Virus record (IMG/VR): IMGVR_UViG_3300045747_000527
Coordinates: 1 to 64,000 of that record
From: a virus
DNA: 64,000 bases
Strand: one strand, 5' to 3'
Positions 26,797 to 36,586 of this stretch are shown piece after piece (the first letter of the stretch is position 1; every line of letters starts with the position of its first letter). Under the pieces are notes generated by a model that saw nothing but the letters and a program-made list of their open reading frames with translations, was not told where the DNA came from and made no database searches. The position numbers and the translations under genes are program-made.

Positions 26797-27246
26797 CTAG
26801 AAAAGAGTCTGGATGAAGCGAAGTTTTTGACCGTTGCGAGCCGGGGTACGTGTGCAGTACCCGATGATGACACCCGAACCTGCCTGACGAATCAGGCCGA
26901 TGCGAGATTGACCCTGGTACGTGACCGCACCAATCTTGAGTGCGTCGCCAGTGACGATGCTGGTGGCCGTCATGACCATGGTGTCTGCCTCATAGGTGGG
27001 CCCCATGATGACAGTCATCTTGCCCGAGGCCTGGACGTCCATACGTCCGCGCTCCGAGAAGCCGACCCAACCAACGCCGCCGGCGCTAGCACGGACGAGT
27101 TTGTAGTTGTCATCGACGAAGTAGAACTCTCCGTCCAGGTATGGGTTGACTTGTGTCGGATCGATGTTGGCTTTGGAAGCCACGGTGAAGTCCCTGCGGA
27201 GAAGTCCCTGCAGTTCTGTCACCATTTCGAAATTGACCGTTGACAT
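26797..27246 (-). CDS. putative capsid decoration/cement protein
   Basis: 149-aa beta-rich protein immediately upstream of the MCP. Confidence 0.5.
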   Translation of the reverse strand: MSTVNFEMVTELQGLLRRDFTVASKANIDPTQVNPYLDGEFYFVDDNYKLVRASAGGVGWVGFSERGRMDVQASGKMTVIMGPTYEADTMVMTATSIVTGDALKIGAVTYQGQSRIGLIRQAGSGVIIGYCTRTPARNGQKLRFIQTLF

Positions 27247-27281
27247 TGTTTAGCTCCTTCAGATCTTTTGACGTTTCAGGT

Positions 27282-27683
27282 TTAGTCGGCCAGTCCGCCG
27301 AGCAGGAATGTTTCGAGTTGAGACGCGCCAGTTCCACCGCCGACATCGTCGGCAGCAATCTTGGCGAACGAGCCATCGGGTGCAGTCATCTCAACAGCCT
27401 CTTCGATGGCGTCGAGTGACCTACCCTGAGCAACCGCCTCCTTGATGGTGGCGAAGTGCTCTTCCATGGAGAGACCGCGGTTGACGCCCTTTTCGTGCAT
27501 CTTGCCCGCAACCTTTGCCATGCGCTCGCTGAGGCGGTACTGCCCCAGTTCCAACTCTGCCGCCGCAAGTTTCTCGGAAAGCGTGTCCCTTTCGGAGGCG
27601 AGCTTCCTGAGGACCTTCGGCACTTCGGCGTAGACCTGCGCAGCCTGGGCCGTGCTGATCTTCACTTGTTCTTTGGTCTCCAT
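27282..27683 (-). CDS. coiled-coil scaffold-like protein
   Basis: RKLASERDTLSEKLAAAE heptads; head module. Confidence 0.55.
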   Translation of the reverse strand: METKEQVKISTAQAAQVYAEVPKVLRKLASERDTLSEKLAAAELELGQYRLSERMAKVAGKMHEKGVNRGLSMEEHFATIKEAVAQGRSLDAIEEAVEMTAPDGSFAKIAADDVGGGTGASQLETFLLGGLAD

Positions 27684-27697
27684 GTTCTCTTCTCCTT

Positions 27698-28723
27698 CTA
27701 GAACCCGCCGCCAATTGGCATTGCGGCCTGTTGCCCCACACCCATTCCCGATGTCTTTTCCTGCTTGGCGAGAAGCTCTTTCAGCTTCTCTGCTTTCTCT
27801 TTGGCCTCAGGGGAAGCCCCTTCAGCGCATCCCTCCTCTGCTACCTTGATGAGGAGGGCCCTGGCAGCCGCGGCGGTCTTGACCGAAGAGATCTTCGTTC
27901 CAGCTTGCGCCGTTTCCGACAGGTTGTTTTGAAGAACAGGGTCCGTTGACGTCACCTGAGCTGGTTCTGAAAGAACCTCACCCATCTGTGCTTTTGGCTC
28001 TGCCTTCGCTTGCCGTTTCGTGTAGTTCGTTGCTGCTTCGTTCGAACTCACCAGGGCTGCCTGCGATGCTGCAGGACCTGGAAGAGCTGGAACTCCTTCG
28101 CCGGAGGCCGAAACCGCCGGGGACATATCCTCTGCCACCTTCTTCATGACACTCAAGACCCGACCAACTACGCCGGCTACCTTGGTGCGCTCTTGCAGAG
28201 CTGCAGAGCCCTGCTTGAGAACATCCTTGTCCGCCCAGCTCTCATCACCACCGGGCTTCTTGGCCTCGTTGTTGTCGAGAGAGGTAGCGGGAGCGGTGTT
28301 ACCGGCCTCAGAAGCAGGCGCCGCACCTGGGTTCTTGGGGATGACATTCTGGCTGGTGGCCTGGCCGGTCTCGTAGTTCTGGGTACCTGGCGTGGGTCCA
28401 CCCACGTTGGTCTCCAGAGCGTTGGGGCCGGTGCCTGGGCCCACTTCCTCCGCCAGCTTCACGCGCGTATTGATGAACTCAATGGCGCTCGCGAGTTTGT
28501 TGACGTAGGCAGTGTTGACGGAAGAGGTCTTCTCTCCCTGACTTTGTTCGTTGCGGTCGGGGGTCGTGTTGGGGTTGGGGGAGGCCGGCTTAGGCGATCC
28601 CTTACCCGCTGAAGCGATGTCCGTGTCTTCGCCGTCCGCCGAAGAATCCGCCTCTGCGAGTTTCACCCGCCGTGCAGACTCTTGGAGCGTCCGCTGGACC
28701 ATACTCTGTAGTGAGAAATTCAT
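27698..28723 (-). CDS. scaffold/core-like protein rich in K-x-A/S motifs
   Basis: Start MNFSLQ after GGAGGA; KLAE x2, EKTSS, KQGS, KVAG, KVAE x2, KTAA, EKTSG. Confidence 0.6.
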   Translation of the reverse strand: MNFSLQSMVQRTLQESARRVKLAEADSSADGEDTDIASAGKGSPKPASPNPNTTPDRNEQSQGEKTSSVNTAYVNKLASAIEFINTRVKLAEEVGPGTGPNALETNVGGPTPGTQNYETGQATSQNVIPKNPGAAPASEAGNTAPATSLDNNEAKKPGGDESWADKDVLKQGSAALQERTKVAGVVGRVLSVMKKVAEDMSPAVSASGEGVPALPGPAASQAALVSSNEAATNYTKRQAKAEPKAQMGEVLSEPAQVTSTDPVLQNNLSETAQAGTKISSVKTAAAARALLIKVAEEGCAEGASPEAKEKAEKLKELLAKQEKTSGMGVGQQAAMPIGGGF

Positions 28724-28743
28724 TTGGGAATCCTCCGATTTGA

Positions 28744-29016
28744 TCAAAATGAAGGCGGTTCGGCAGTTTGCGGAGGCACGTCTGAGGTGTCCACAGGTTG
28801 AGCGTAGTTTTGTCGCTGACCGAAGTTGCCCGCCGGCTTTACCAGTTTTGGACTCAAGGAACCAGGGGCAGTCGGCGCCTTCGCGAACTGAGTAGACGGT
28901 AGCTTTGAACGAGGGCTCCCCACGGTCTTTGGAGACCATGGCGAATTTGGATCTCTCGCCTGTGCTGCCATCTTGTCCAGCTCGTCAAAGAACGCCGACC
29001 TGCTGATCCCAGTCAC
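28744..29016 (-). CDS. small protein with FxDELxKM N-terminus
   Basis: GTG start 29016: MTGISRSAFFDELDKMAAQ; Pro-rich remainder. Confidence 0.55.
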   Translation of the reverse strand: MTGISRSAFFDELDKMAAQARDPNSPWSPKTVGSPRSKLPSTQFAKAPTAPGSLSPKLVKPAGNFGQRQNYAQPVDTSDVPPQTAEPPSF

Positions 29017-29020
29017 GTTG

Positions 29021-29839
29021 CTACTTGTTCCAATTGACCGGGTAGCCGTTGGCTTCCAGCAACTTGAGAGCCTGCTCCTCAACCACGAGGTCGAGTGCCG
29101 ACGCCGACTTCTCCTGCGTTTCCGCGGGTGCTTCTTCGGTCTGTGGAGCCGTGACGTTTCCTTCGGCATCCACGTACCCTGCTGTCTTCAGCATGTCGAG
29201 TGCGCGCTGCTCGATGAGGGTCTCCAGAGCCGAGCCCTCCTTCTTCTTGTCCTCCGCCTTGCGCTTGGCTGAGAATCCGCCGGCCAGAGCGCCAGCAGCA
29301 AATCCGCCAGCACCAGCGGCAACGTGCCCTGCGTTAACCTTCTTGGCTGCGCCAGCGATTGCTCCACCAGCCTTCTTGCCTGCTCCCGCAACCGCGGTGC
29401 CGGCCTTGCCAGCCTTCTCGCGAATCATCTTGAGGAAGTCGCCCTTGCCCGCTTGCTTCTCAATGAGGTCCAGCTCCTGAACCATCGCGTGGGCCATGGT
29501 GCGGCCGAGGAAATCAGCCTCAGCGAACTTCGCTTGAGCTTCCTTCGACTCGTCTTTCTTCTCTTCCTTCTTCTCTTCCTTCGACTCATTGGGGGAAGAT
29601 TCGCCCGAGGACTCTTCGCCCTTGGTCTCTTTCTTCTCTCCCGCAGGAGGAGGGGGAAATTCCGCTGTCTTGAACAGCTCACTGACCATCGCAGCGATTT
29701 GGTCATCACTGCACTTGTCCAGGTCGATCCCTTCTTGTGCCGCGAGCTTCACTAGAAGTTCGGCAGCCGCTGTCTTCTGTAGATCTTCACCGGCATCGGT
29801 CTGTCCCGTGCCATAGATCTGCGCGAGTTTTTCGTCCAT
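29021..29839 (-). CDS. putative prohead scaffolding protein
   Basis: Acidic/Lys-rich; directly after the protease; internal repeat SALETLIEQRALDMLKTAGY / SALDLVVEEQALKLLEANGY. Confidence 0.6.
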   Translation of the reverse strand: MDEKLAQIYGTGQTDAGEDLQKTAAAELLVKLAAQEGIDLDKCSDDQIAAMVSELFKTAEFPPPPAGEKKETKGEESSGESSPNESKEEKKEEKKDESKEAQAKFAEADFLGRTMAHAMVQELDLIEKQAGKGDFLKMIREKAGKAGTAVAGAGKKAGGAIAGAAKKVNAGHVAAGAGGFAAGALAGGFSAKRKAEDKKKEGSALETLIEQRALDMLKTAGYVDAEGNVTAPQTEEAPAETQEKSASALDLVVEEQALKLLEANGYPVNWNK

Positions 29840-29922
29840 GATGGCTCTCCTAACGATCCATTGTTGTTGTGATACTGATCAGTGTTTGCATCACCGAGGT
29901 ACGAAGCCTCTCGCGCTCACCG

Positions 29923-31767
29923 TCATGGTTTCTTGTACCCTACTGTAGACGCATGCAGTCCAGAAACCAATCTGGAAGGCAATGTGGACCCCTGCTGATG
30001 CAAAGCCGCCAACGCGGCCAAGAGCATCATGGCCTTCGGGTAATCCGCGGCAGTAGCAGTCAGGGGGCCGACAGGTTCACGAGAGCCCATCATGGCCTGC
30101 TGCCTCTCCCAGTCAGCCATTGCTGAGAGTGCGTACGCACCCCCGACCGCCCCGAGCAGCACTGCTGGGTTGATTTTGGCAACACCGGCGGCTTCCTTCG
30201 TGAGCAGATCTTGCTTGTGTACGGCAGACCAAAGCTCTGCGTCGCTACCGACACATTGCCCTGCGTTCCGTAAACAGTGAGTGGCTCCATCTAGATACCC
30301 ATTGTACGCTGCAGAAATCTTCTGCAGGAAGGGGGTCTCACAATCAAAGTCAGGACGGCTGGCCGCTGTCTTGGGCGCCCCCATGACTGTAATGCGAATA
30401 ACTCGCCTCTGGGCTACTGGTTCCAGTACCGACCGGTCTTCCAGATGAGGCATCAAGAGTTTCTTCAGCAAGCCACTGAAGAACTCAGGACCCATAGGCA
30501 CGGATGAGTCTGTCTCCGCTACCGGTGGGAACACCTTGTTCTCAGCGTCCATCTTGTCCGCCAACTCGGGGCCGTTGCCTTTGCCCATCTGAATGATGGT
30601 GATTCGCTGAAACTCCCGCGGCCGGAGAAGAATGCCCATGGAGGACACGGTGGAAAGCGCCTGGGACAGGTCGCACTTCCCCAGTCGGTCAAGAACATCA
30701 TTCGGCAGGTCATTGGCTTCGTGGTCGATGTTGACTGACTTGCCACCGAACTGAGTGGGGACGATGTCCTTTACGATCTCACTGGCCTTAACCTTTGCAG
30801 CCTGCTTCACCCGCGGGCGCAGAGTACCCACCACACCAGTCTGAAGAGGGTTCACGGCATCCCTGACGTCCGATGCTGACGCGGCCTTTTGCATGCCATC
30901 CTCGCCGTAGGTCTGTTCCGCCACGTACCAGGATGGGACCGTGGTCATCGCCGGGCTCGCCAGCTTGGCCATAACCTTCGCTGTCTTGTCCGCACCTATG
31001 AAAACGAACGAGATATCGAAGAACTTGGGATAGTCGTTGATGGCGCACGCACGCCTGCCGTCTGGCCTGATCTTATTGAGGCCCTTGCGCAGACACTCAC
31101 AGTAGTCGTCGCGAGTGATCGAGATACCGCGGATGGCATTCTTCTTGTGGAACGCCAGAACAGCAGCGCCCACATTCTTATGCTGGCTCGGGTCAAAAGT
31201 CTGCTGAGCCTCCCGGAACTTCGAAAGATCACAGCAGATACTGCACCGGTCGAACGGTACCCGACAACCCATGCTGACATCGCTGAAGATTCCTCGGTCG
31301 ATCTTATCGCAGACACTGGTGGCTCCCACCATGTCCGCCTTCCGCCGGTCAATACAAATGACCAGCTCAACCCGCTTCATGGCATCGTTCCACACCGACA
31401 GAGTCACGGTCCCAAACGCCTTCGCGGGGTCCTTGTTCTGATGGTGGGTAAACGGCAACGCCTGGTAGAAAGTCTCGTAGCCCCAATCCGGGCCCTTATG
31501 GATCAGAGCGATCTCTGGAAAGTCATCACCGTTGATGTTACTACCCCAGTACTCCCCAGCTCCCATGGCGTTCACCAGAACGTGAATCTTGCCTGGGTCC
31601 TGCTTAACGCCTTCGAGGTGATTCTGCACCTCGGACAAGAGCGGAGCTGCCGTCTTGCCCATTCCGAAGAACGCCGCAGCCTGGGCTATCTCACCTGGGC
31701 GAAACACCTGCACGAGGCGCTCCCCTGAGTGGGAGACGGCGTTGAACTGGCAGAGCTTAGTGATCAT
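29923..31767 (-). CDS. putative prohead maturation protease (assemblin/HK97-gp4-like fold)
   Basis: GSNINGDDF, FTHHQNKD (candidate His), VELV, SDVSMGCRVPFDRCSIC (candidate Ser); position upstream of scaffold and MCP. Confidence 0.6.
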   Translation of the reverse strand: MITKLCQFNAVSHSGERLVQVFRPGEIAQAAAFFGMGKTAAPLLSEVQNHLEGVKQDPGKIHVLVNAMGAGEYWGSNINGDDFPEIALIHKGPDWGYETFYQALPFTHHQNKDPAKAFGTVTLSVWNDAMKRVELVICIDRRKADMVGATSVCDKIDRGIFSDVSMGCRVPFDRCSICCDLSKFREAQQTFDPSQHKNVGAAVLAFHKKNAIRGISITRDDYCECLRKGLNKIRPDGRRACAINDYPKFFDISFVFIGADKTAKVMAKLASPAMTTVPSWYVAEQTYGEDGMQKAASASDVRDAVNPLQTGVVGTLRPRVKQAAKVKASEIVKDIVPTQFGGKSVNIDHEANDLPNDVLDRLGKCDLSQALSTVSSMGILLRPREFQRITIIQMGKGNGPELADKMDAENKVFPPVAETDSSVPMGPEFFSGLLKKLLMPHLEDRSVLEPVAQRRVIRITVMGAPKTAASRPDFDCETPFLQKISAAYNGYLDGATHCLRNAGQCVGSDAELWSAVHKQDLLTKEAAGVAKINPAVLLGAVGGAYALSAMADWERQQAMMGSREPVGPLTATAADYPKAMMLLAALAALHQQGSTLPSRLVSGLHASTVGYKKP

Positions 31768-31770
31768 GAA

Positions 31771-32460
31771 CTATCTCTCGTAGTCACGGCGCTCGGAGTC
31801 ACCCTTTGGGTTGCCCTGTTCGTCAAACCACTGATGCGTAGATGCCCTGATGGACGGGTCGAAATTCTGAACAGTGTTGAGCACCTTATTGTTGGTCACG
31901 GGGCCCTCTTTGACGCTGCCCATGCTGGTGCCGAATACATCCAGCAGCGACTTACTGTTGCCTCTCCCAACCATCTTGCTTTGGGTATCTGCAAGCATCT
32001 TTGCCGTATCTGGCGGCATTGTGAGGCCTTGTTCCGTGCGCCCGTACGCCAGGATGTTTCTGACTAAGGAACCGGCAACCAATGGGTCCGAAGACAAGCT
32101 GGGAGAAAGGTGTCGGACGGACTGAAGGACCATCTCCACTTCCCTAGGATCTTCCTCCTTCAGAGAAGGATGAGCCTGCATCATGGCTGAGTGTTCGGCA
32201 CGATGGTGTAGCCCACTGGTCGCAGCGTCGTACAGAGAGTCGCCGCCCTTACCAAGCAGGGAAACGCCGCCCACTATGCCCGCCCCAAGTGCGCCGTTAC
32301 CTGTCATCTTGCCCGCGTTATACGCAAAGCGCTCACCTGTACCCGGCACGGCCTTCTTGAGCGCACCAGGCAGATCTTTCTCCGCCCCCAAAGTCAGCCC
32401 ATGTTTCAAGGCATCCCAGACGCCCGCTTCCTTCAGGAAATCCTCAACTGGATTGCTCAT
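31771..32460 (-). CDS. putative virion protein
   Basis: MSNPVEDFLKEAG; glycine-zipper-like GALGAGIVGGVSLLG. Confidence 0.6.
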   Translation of the reverse strand: MSNPVEDFLKEAGVWDALKHGLTLGAEKDLPGALKKAVPGTGERFAYNAGKMTGNGALGAGIVGGVSLLGKGGDSLYDAATSGLHHRAEHSAMMQAHPSLKEEDPREVEMVLQSVRHLSPSLSSDPLVAGSLVRNILAYGRTEQGLTMPPDTAKMLADTQSKMVGRGNSKSLLDVFGTSMGSVKEGPVTNNKVLNTVQNFDPSIRASTHQWFDEQGNPKGDSERRDYER

Positions 32461-32807
32461 TGGTAATACCCTCCTTGATCTCCTCCACCAGACAGCCGCG
32501 CCCGGACGGCCTGGACTGGGGAAGAGCCTACAACTTTGCCTGCTCCGTACATTGCTCCGGCATAGGGAGCTAGTCGGGCTGCGCCGCCAGCAGCACGCCC
32601 GAGGCGGCTACCAGTGCCCTCCAAGTGTTCCGCGACTGCTGTGGAGCCTTTGCGCCCAGCCTCCCAGAGGTGGCCAGCTCCTTTGGCCGCAGTGCCTGCG
32701 GCGGAGGCCCCATGGCCCAAGATGCTTTTCACAGCCGCGCCAAGACCGGGGGCTTCGGCGATCTTCTCGAACTCACTCAGGAACCCAGCAACTGTTACTC
32801 GATCCAT
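32457..32807 (-). CDS. small Gly/Ala-rich protein with FxxEFxKI N-terminus
   Basis: MDRVTVAGFLSEFEKIAEA; GGAG RBS. Confidence 0.65.
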   Translation of the reverse strand: MDRVTVAGFLSEFEKIAEAPGLGAAVKSILGHGASAAGTAAKGAGHLWEAGRKGSTAVAEHLEGTGSRLGRAAGGAARLAPYAGAMYGAGKVVGSSPVQAVRARLSGGGDQGGYYQ

Positions 32808-32816
32808 TGTGTCTCC

Positions 32817-32864
32817 AGATCATGACACGCTACGGCTACTACCACTGTAGCCGAAGTGCATCAA
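32817..32864. repeat. 48-bp dispersed direct repeat, copy 2
   Basis: AGATCATGACACGCTACGGCTACTACCACTGTAGCCGAAGTGCATCAA; one mismatch to 854-901; lies between the stop of 32861..33799 and the RBS of 32457..32807. Confidence 0.9.
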
Positions 32865-33799
32865 ATTGCGACCCCTGAGATCGCCTTGTTCGTGAGTTTG
32901 ATCTGCTCCTGCACGTCACTGATCGCGAGGTCAACCACGCGCACAGCCTGTGCTGCTTTAGTGAAGGCAGCGAACTTCACGACCAAGGGATGCTGTGGAT
33001 TCGGGATACGCCCAGCATGCGCGCGCTTCTCGATGGGTACACCACGCAGAGACCGGCCGATCTCTTCGGCAGAGTGACCGTGTTTTCCGAGATAGTCCTC
33101 TAGGTGCGCCGCGGCCTGCTTCACGTGTGCCTGGTGCTGGCTAACCGCCCCACAGGCGTACAGCACCTCAGCCAAACCGCAGGTGCCATCCATCATCGCT
33201 TGTTCCGCTGTCTTGGCGAAATCAGTGGAGATATCATCGAACACCAACTGGGCACCGGTCTTCATGGACACCAGCTCATCCCGAACGCCCTCCAAAGAGA
33301 GCTTGGTGTCCAACAAATCATCCAGGGGGTTGGCGTGCTGCTGATGCTGAGGTTGGGCAGAGGCAGTCTTGGATAGCTGCTCAGCCTGATGCTGGAACGC
33401 TTGGGCCAGGACATCCATCTCGCCAGCATGGCGAAAATCAGGGGAAGCCTTCTTGTAGTCCGAGCTCTCGGTGAGCAGGGTGGGGGAAGAGCCATCGTTC
33501 AGGTCCTGCAGTACCCTGGCTGGGTTCGCTGGCCCACCTTCGAACGTGACATTTCGCACGTTCCCGGACTTCTCGAAGGCCGCGAGGTACGCCGTGGTGT
33601 TGGCGAATTCACAAACCCGCTTGACCTGCTCTGGAGCCAAACAAGCGGTCTTGACGACCTCCACGACAGCCTCTGTGAGGGGCGTTCCTGCCCCGGAGTA
33701 CATGTCTGCTGCCTGTTTGCCAAACTTCTCAAGTTGATCTGGGTCTATGGCGCGTGCCTTCTCTTGTTGCGCCAAGCCCAGTGGTAGAGGTTCGCTCAT
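32861..33799 (-). CDS. putative virion/head assembly protein
   Basis: Start MSEPLPL; KTAC, KTAS, KTAE, KQAA, EKRA motifs. Confidence 0.65.
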   Translation of the reverse strand: MSEPLPLGLAQQEKARAIDPDQLEKFGKQAADMYSGAGTPLTEAVVEVVKTACLAPEQVKRVCEFANTTAYLAAFEKSGNVRNVTFEGGPANPARVLQDLNDGSSPTLLTESSDYKKASPDFRHAGEMDVLAQAFQHQAEQLSKTASAQPQHQQHANPLDDLLDTKLSLEGVRDELVSMKTGAQLVFDDISTDFAKTAEQAMMDGTCGLAEVLYACGAVSQHQAHVKQAAAHLEDYLGKHGHSAEEIGRSLRGVPIEKRAHAGRIPNPQHPLVVKFAAFTKAAQAVRVVDLAISDVQEQIKLTNKAISGVAI

Positions 33800-33840
33800 G
33801 TGTGTCCCCTTTGGGTATATGATATCTGGTGAGGCCAAGA

Positions 33841-34350
33841 ATGGGAAGTCATGACGATGAACTAAGGCAGTTGGAAAGCAAGGTGTCTGTTTTGGAGAAG
33901 CAGGTCACCTTCCTACTGAAGGTTAACGGGTTCCACCTCTCTGAGATGAGGAAGATATCAGACGAAGCCCTCCTAAGGCTATACCAGGACTCCGTACACG
34001 TGATTTCTGTCATCCGAAAGGGCGTGGCACTGGAGATAGTGGAGCATTGGGCTGAAATCTTCCTGCAGCTATCCGAGGTCGAGATGGTTCGGCTGCAGCC
34101 CATAGTAGGGTTTGATCACACCTGGGAGCCCTTCTACGTGCTCTGCATCAAGCTGATGACCCAGGTTCGAACCTGTGCGGAAATCAAGACCAGCACTCGG
34201 GTTCAACAGTTGTTCTCCTTGCTGGAGAAGGGCCGGCAGGGGCTACAGGCCTGCGGAGTGATGATGTGCCGCAAGTTCCAGGATACCCTTACCGACACCG
34301 GCCGGGCCCTCATCAAAGACGGCGATTTGATGGCCTTTTTGCCTGCCTAG
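33841..34350 (+). CDS. hypothetical helical protein (+ strand island)
   Basis: 169-aa ORF filling the gap with no competing long - strand ORF. Confidence 0.65.
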   Translation: MGSHDDELRQLESKVSVLEKQVTFLLKVNGFHLSEMRKISDEALLRLYQDSVHVISVIRKGVALEIVEHWAEIFLQLSEVEMVRLQPIVGFDHTWEPFYVLCIKLMTQVRTCAEIKTSTRVQQLFSLLEKGRQGLQACGVMMCRKFQDTLTDTGRALIKDGDLMAFLPA

Positions 34351-34422
34351 GCCGATCTGGTTAAGGACCTCTTTTGGGACCCCCAGAATAGGGCCGTTTG
34401 TGAAAAACGGGGGGCAAACGTG

Positions 34423-34430
34423 GGTATAAG
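34423..34430 (+). promoter_or_regulatory. GGTATAAG promoter-like motif
   Basis: Intergenic, upstream of AAGGAG RBS and ATG 34480. Confidence 0.7.
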
Positions 34431-34479
34431 TATTATGATCCAGAAGAACACTTATCTGGAACCACCACAAGGAGCCCCC

Positions 34480-34686
34480 ATGGAAAACATCGAGATTCAA
34501 CCTGGACACGGATTCTTCTCCCACATCGTCGGCACCAACAACGTCAACGGAACGACCTCGAAGGTCGCCAACGTCGCTGGCCGTGCAGCTCTCGTAGGCG
34601 CCGCGGTCTACGGCGGCATCAAGCTGTTCAGCAAGGACGAGCCGGTGGCCCTGGACGTGACGGTCGGCGGCTTCGAGCCGGCGTAG
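34480..34686 (+). CDS. small protein with one hydrophobic segment (68 aa)
   Basis: MENIEIQPG...AALVGAAVYGGIKLF; has its own promoter motif and terminator. Confidence 0.65.
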   Translation: MENIEIQPGHGFFSHIVGTNNVNGTTSKVANVAGRAALVGAAVYGGIKLFSKDEPVALDVTVGGFEPA

Positions 34687-34692
34687 GAAGAT

Positions 34693-34721
34693 GGGCCCAC
34701 AGGGGCCCTTTCCTTTAGCCC
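34693..34721 (+). terminator. hairpin terminator with TTTCCTTTAGCCC tail
   Basis: GGGCCC-acag-GGGCCC (same acag loop as 193-221) then TTTCCTTTAGCCC; overlaps the convergent terL stop. Confidence 0.7.
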
Positions 34722-36550
34722 AAGTTCTCCGAGAGCCCTGACTCCTGCACAGGCAGGATGATGTCATCCCTGCGGGTAACCAAAATGGACGCCAATACGC
34801 AGAGCAGGATGGCGTGAAAAGCATCGTCCGTCTTACCTGGTGGCTTCTTGAACTCGTTCATCCTCAGCCGGTCATTGTACTCCGTGAAGATGTTGAGAAT
34901 GTCCTGGCCGTGGGGATTCTGAAAGTCTTCCCAGCAGGGCAGATCAATCTTCTTTGCCTTCATGGCGTTGAAGATGTCGCTCATGATTTCTGTGCGGTGG
35001 CACATGTATCTGAGAAGGCTCGCATCCCAATAGATCTTTTTGCGCTGCCTCGGATTGTACTGGTACTTTGCCACGCGCCGCGGACCAAAGGCCTTGATGA
35101 GCTTGTCGTTCTGGTAGTGACCTCCACCGTAGTCGGTGCCGGTTACCTGGACGTTCAGCTGGCTCAGAATCTGGATGATGCTGTCCAGCTGCTTCTCGGG
35201 GTCCAAGTCTCGTCCCATGAACCGGTGAATCCAGAAGATGGTGAAGTTTCCAGTCCCCAAGTACCCGCCAAGCGCGATGGTGGTGTATGACGCCCGCTCT
35301 CCCGGACCCCAGTCGATGCCGGCGAATATTTGCCTGCCTTGGGCGAGCTCTCTGAACGCCTCGATGTCCACCAGCCGCACCGATGGGTTGCAGATGGCCT
35401 GCAGCTGAGCCCGCGTAATAGGACGAACGCCGGAGTCGTAGGACATGCCCAGCTTCTCGTTCATAAACTGGGCGCGCGAGTACTGCTCCTGTGCTTGAAG
35501 AACCTCTCCCCAGTCAACCCAGGGGACCATGATCTGAGGAATGCGGTAGCCCTCAAATGTGATCTTATCCGTGTTAGCTTCCGCGGGATTCATCGAAGCC
35601 CACATCGCCTGCGGATGCCGAGCTGAGATGAGGTTGCCGCACTTGTCACAGATAAGGCCCTCCTTCCCGATGCTCCGCTCCGTGAGCACGTTCCAGTGCC
35701 AAGTACTGGAGTCGTTGGGACCACCGTGCCGCTCGCAGGGGACCACCCACTCGTTTTGGGTCGAGAATTCGGACCAGTAGTGCTGGATGGTGTTGTCTAC
35801 AGACTTGGGCGTACCGGAGTAGAGGAACAGCTTGTAGCTAGAGTGGAAAGCGCACTGCTCGATGACGGGGATGTTGTCCACCATGATATCTTGGATCTCA
35901 TCGATAAGAACCAAGTCAGCCGGGATACCACGGACACGGTCAGCCGTGAGGTACGCGTACCTAAGTCTGATCTGAGAAAAGTTGATGAACTTCTTGAAGA
36001 AGACGGCTTGGTTTGCTGAGGAGGCGGTGTACGCCTTCAACATTGGCGACGCATCGATAACGTCCTTGATACGGTCATTCGAGAAGACCTTCGCCTGTTC
36101 CGCGGAAGGTGCTACGTACAGCGACCGAAAGTTGTTGGTCAAAGCTGAGTAGCACAAAAGCCGGTTGCCTAGCGTAGTTGATTTCTCGATCTGACGTCCG
36201 CACATAAGCAAAAGCTTCTTGGCGTCAGTATCGTAGATTTTCTGGAGGTACTCCCGCCCCTTGAATGAGAAGTCCGTCACGCGGCCAGCCTCAGGGACTC
36301 TGATGGCTGTCTCTGCAAACTGCGAAGGGGAGACTGAGATCAGCGCATCCTCGGTAGACTCATACGCATCGAAGGCCACCTCCTGTTCCGCCAAGAGACT
36401 CTCAGCAAAGTCCGGGTCATACTCCGGGCTGTCTACGTCGAACACAGAGAAGTCAACGTAAGGGGAGGGCTCTCCTGTGTACGAAGATCCTAGTTTCGTG
36501 TAACGCGCACCTGCCTGTGTTCTGACGCTGTCAAGAGGGACGATGGCCAT
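34715..36550 (-). CDS. terL: terminase large subunit (GpA-like)
   Basis: Walker A CGRQIEKSTTL, Walker B LVLIDEIQD, zinc motif VPCERH...CDKCG, nuclease motifs FAGIDWG and DDAFHA. Confidence 0.9.
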   Translation of the reverse strand: MAIVPLDSVRTQAGARYTKLGSSYTGEPSPYVDFSVFDVDSPEYDPDFAESLLAEQEVAFDAYESTEDALISVSPSQFAETAIRVPEAGRVTDFSFKGREYLQKIYDTDAKKLLLMCGRQIEKSTTLGNRLLCYSALTNNFRSLYVAPSAEQAKVFSNDRIKDVIDASPMLKAYTASSANQAVFFKKFINFSQIRLRYAYLTADRVRGIPADLVLIDEIQDIMVDNIPVIEQCAFHSSYKLFLYSGTPKSVDNTIQHYWSEFSTQNEWVVPCERHGGPNDSSTWHWNVLTERSIGKEGLICDKCGNLISARHPQAMWASMNPAEANTDKITFEGYRIPQIMVPWVDWGEVLQAQEQYSRAQFMNEKLGMSYDSGVRPITRAQLQAICNPSVRLVDIEAFRELAQGRQIFAGIDWGPGERASYTTIALGGYLGTGNFTIFWIHRFMGRDLDPEKQLDSIIQILSQLNVQVTGTDYGGGHYQNDKLIKAFGPRRVAKYQYNPRQRKKIYWDASLLRYMCHRTEIMSDIFNAMKAKKIDLPCWEDFQNPHGQDILNIFTEYNDRLRMNEFKKPPGKTDDAFHAILLCVLASILVTRRDDIILPVQESGLSENLG

Positions 36551-36572
36551 GCGAAACTCTTTCGAAAAGTGG

Positions 36573-36580
36573 GGTATAAG
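36573..36580 (+). promoter_or_regulatory. GGTATAAG promoter-like motif
   Basis: 22 nt from the terL start codon, divergent from it; GCGAAA 18 nt before TATAAG. Confidence 0.7.
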
Positions 36581-36586
36581 ATCAAT

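Noticed and set aside
29560-29640. GAA/AAG-rich tandem-like repeats in scaffold genes
   Set aside because: Explained by E/K low-complexity protein sequence; not an independent DNA repeat.
854-32864. The 48-bp repeat as a CRISPR repeat
   Set aside because: Only two copies 32 kb apart, no spacer array and no cas genes. No CRISPR array was seen anywhere in the window.
33813-33820. GGGTATAT as a twelfth promoter (also GGGTATAC at 60792 and AGGTATAC near 9733)
   Set aside because: They deviate from TATAAG and lack the upstream AAA element. They are possible weak variants but not supportable.
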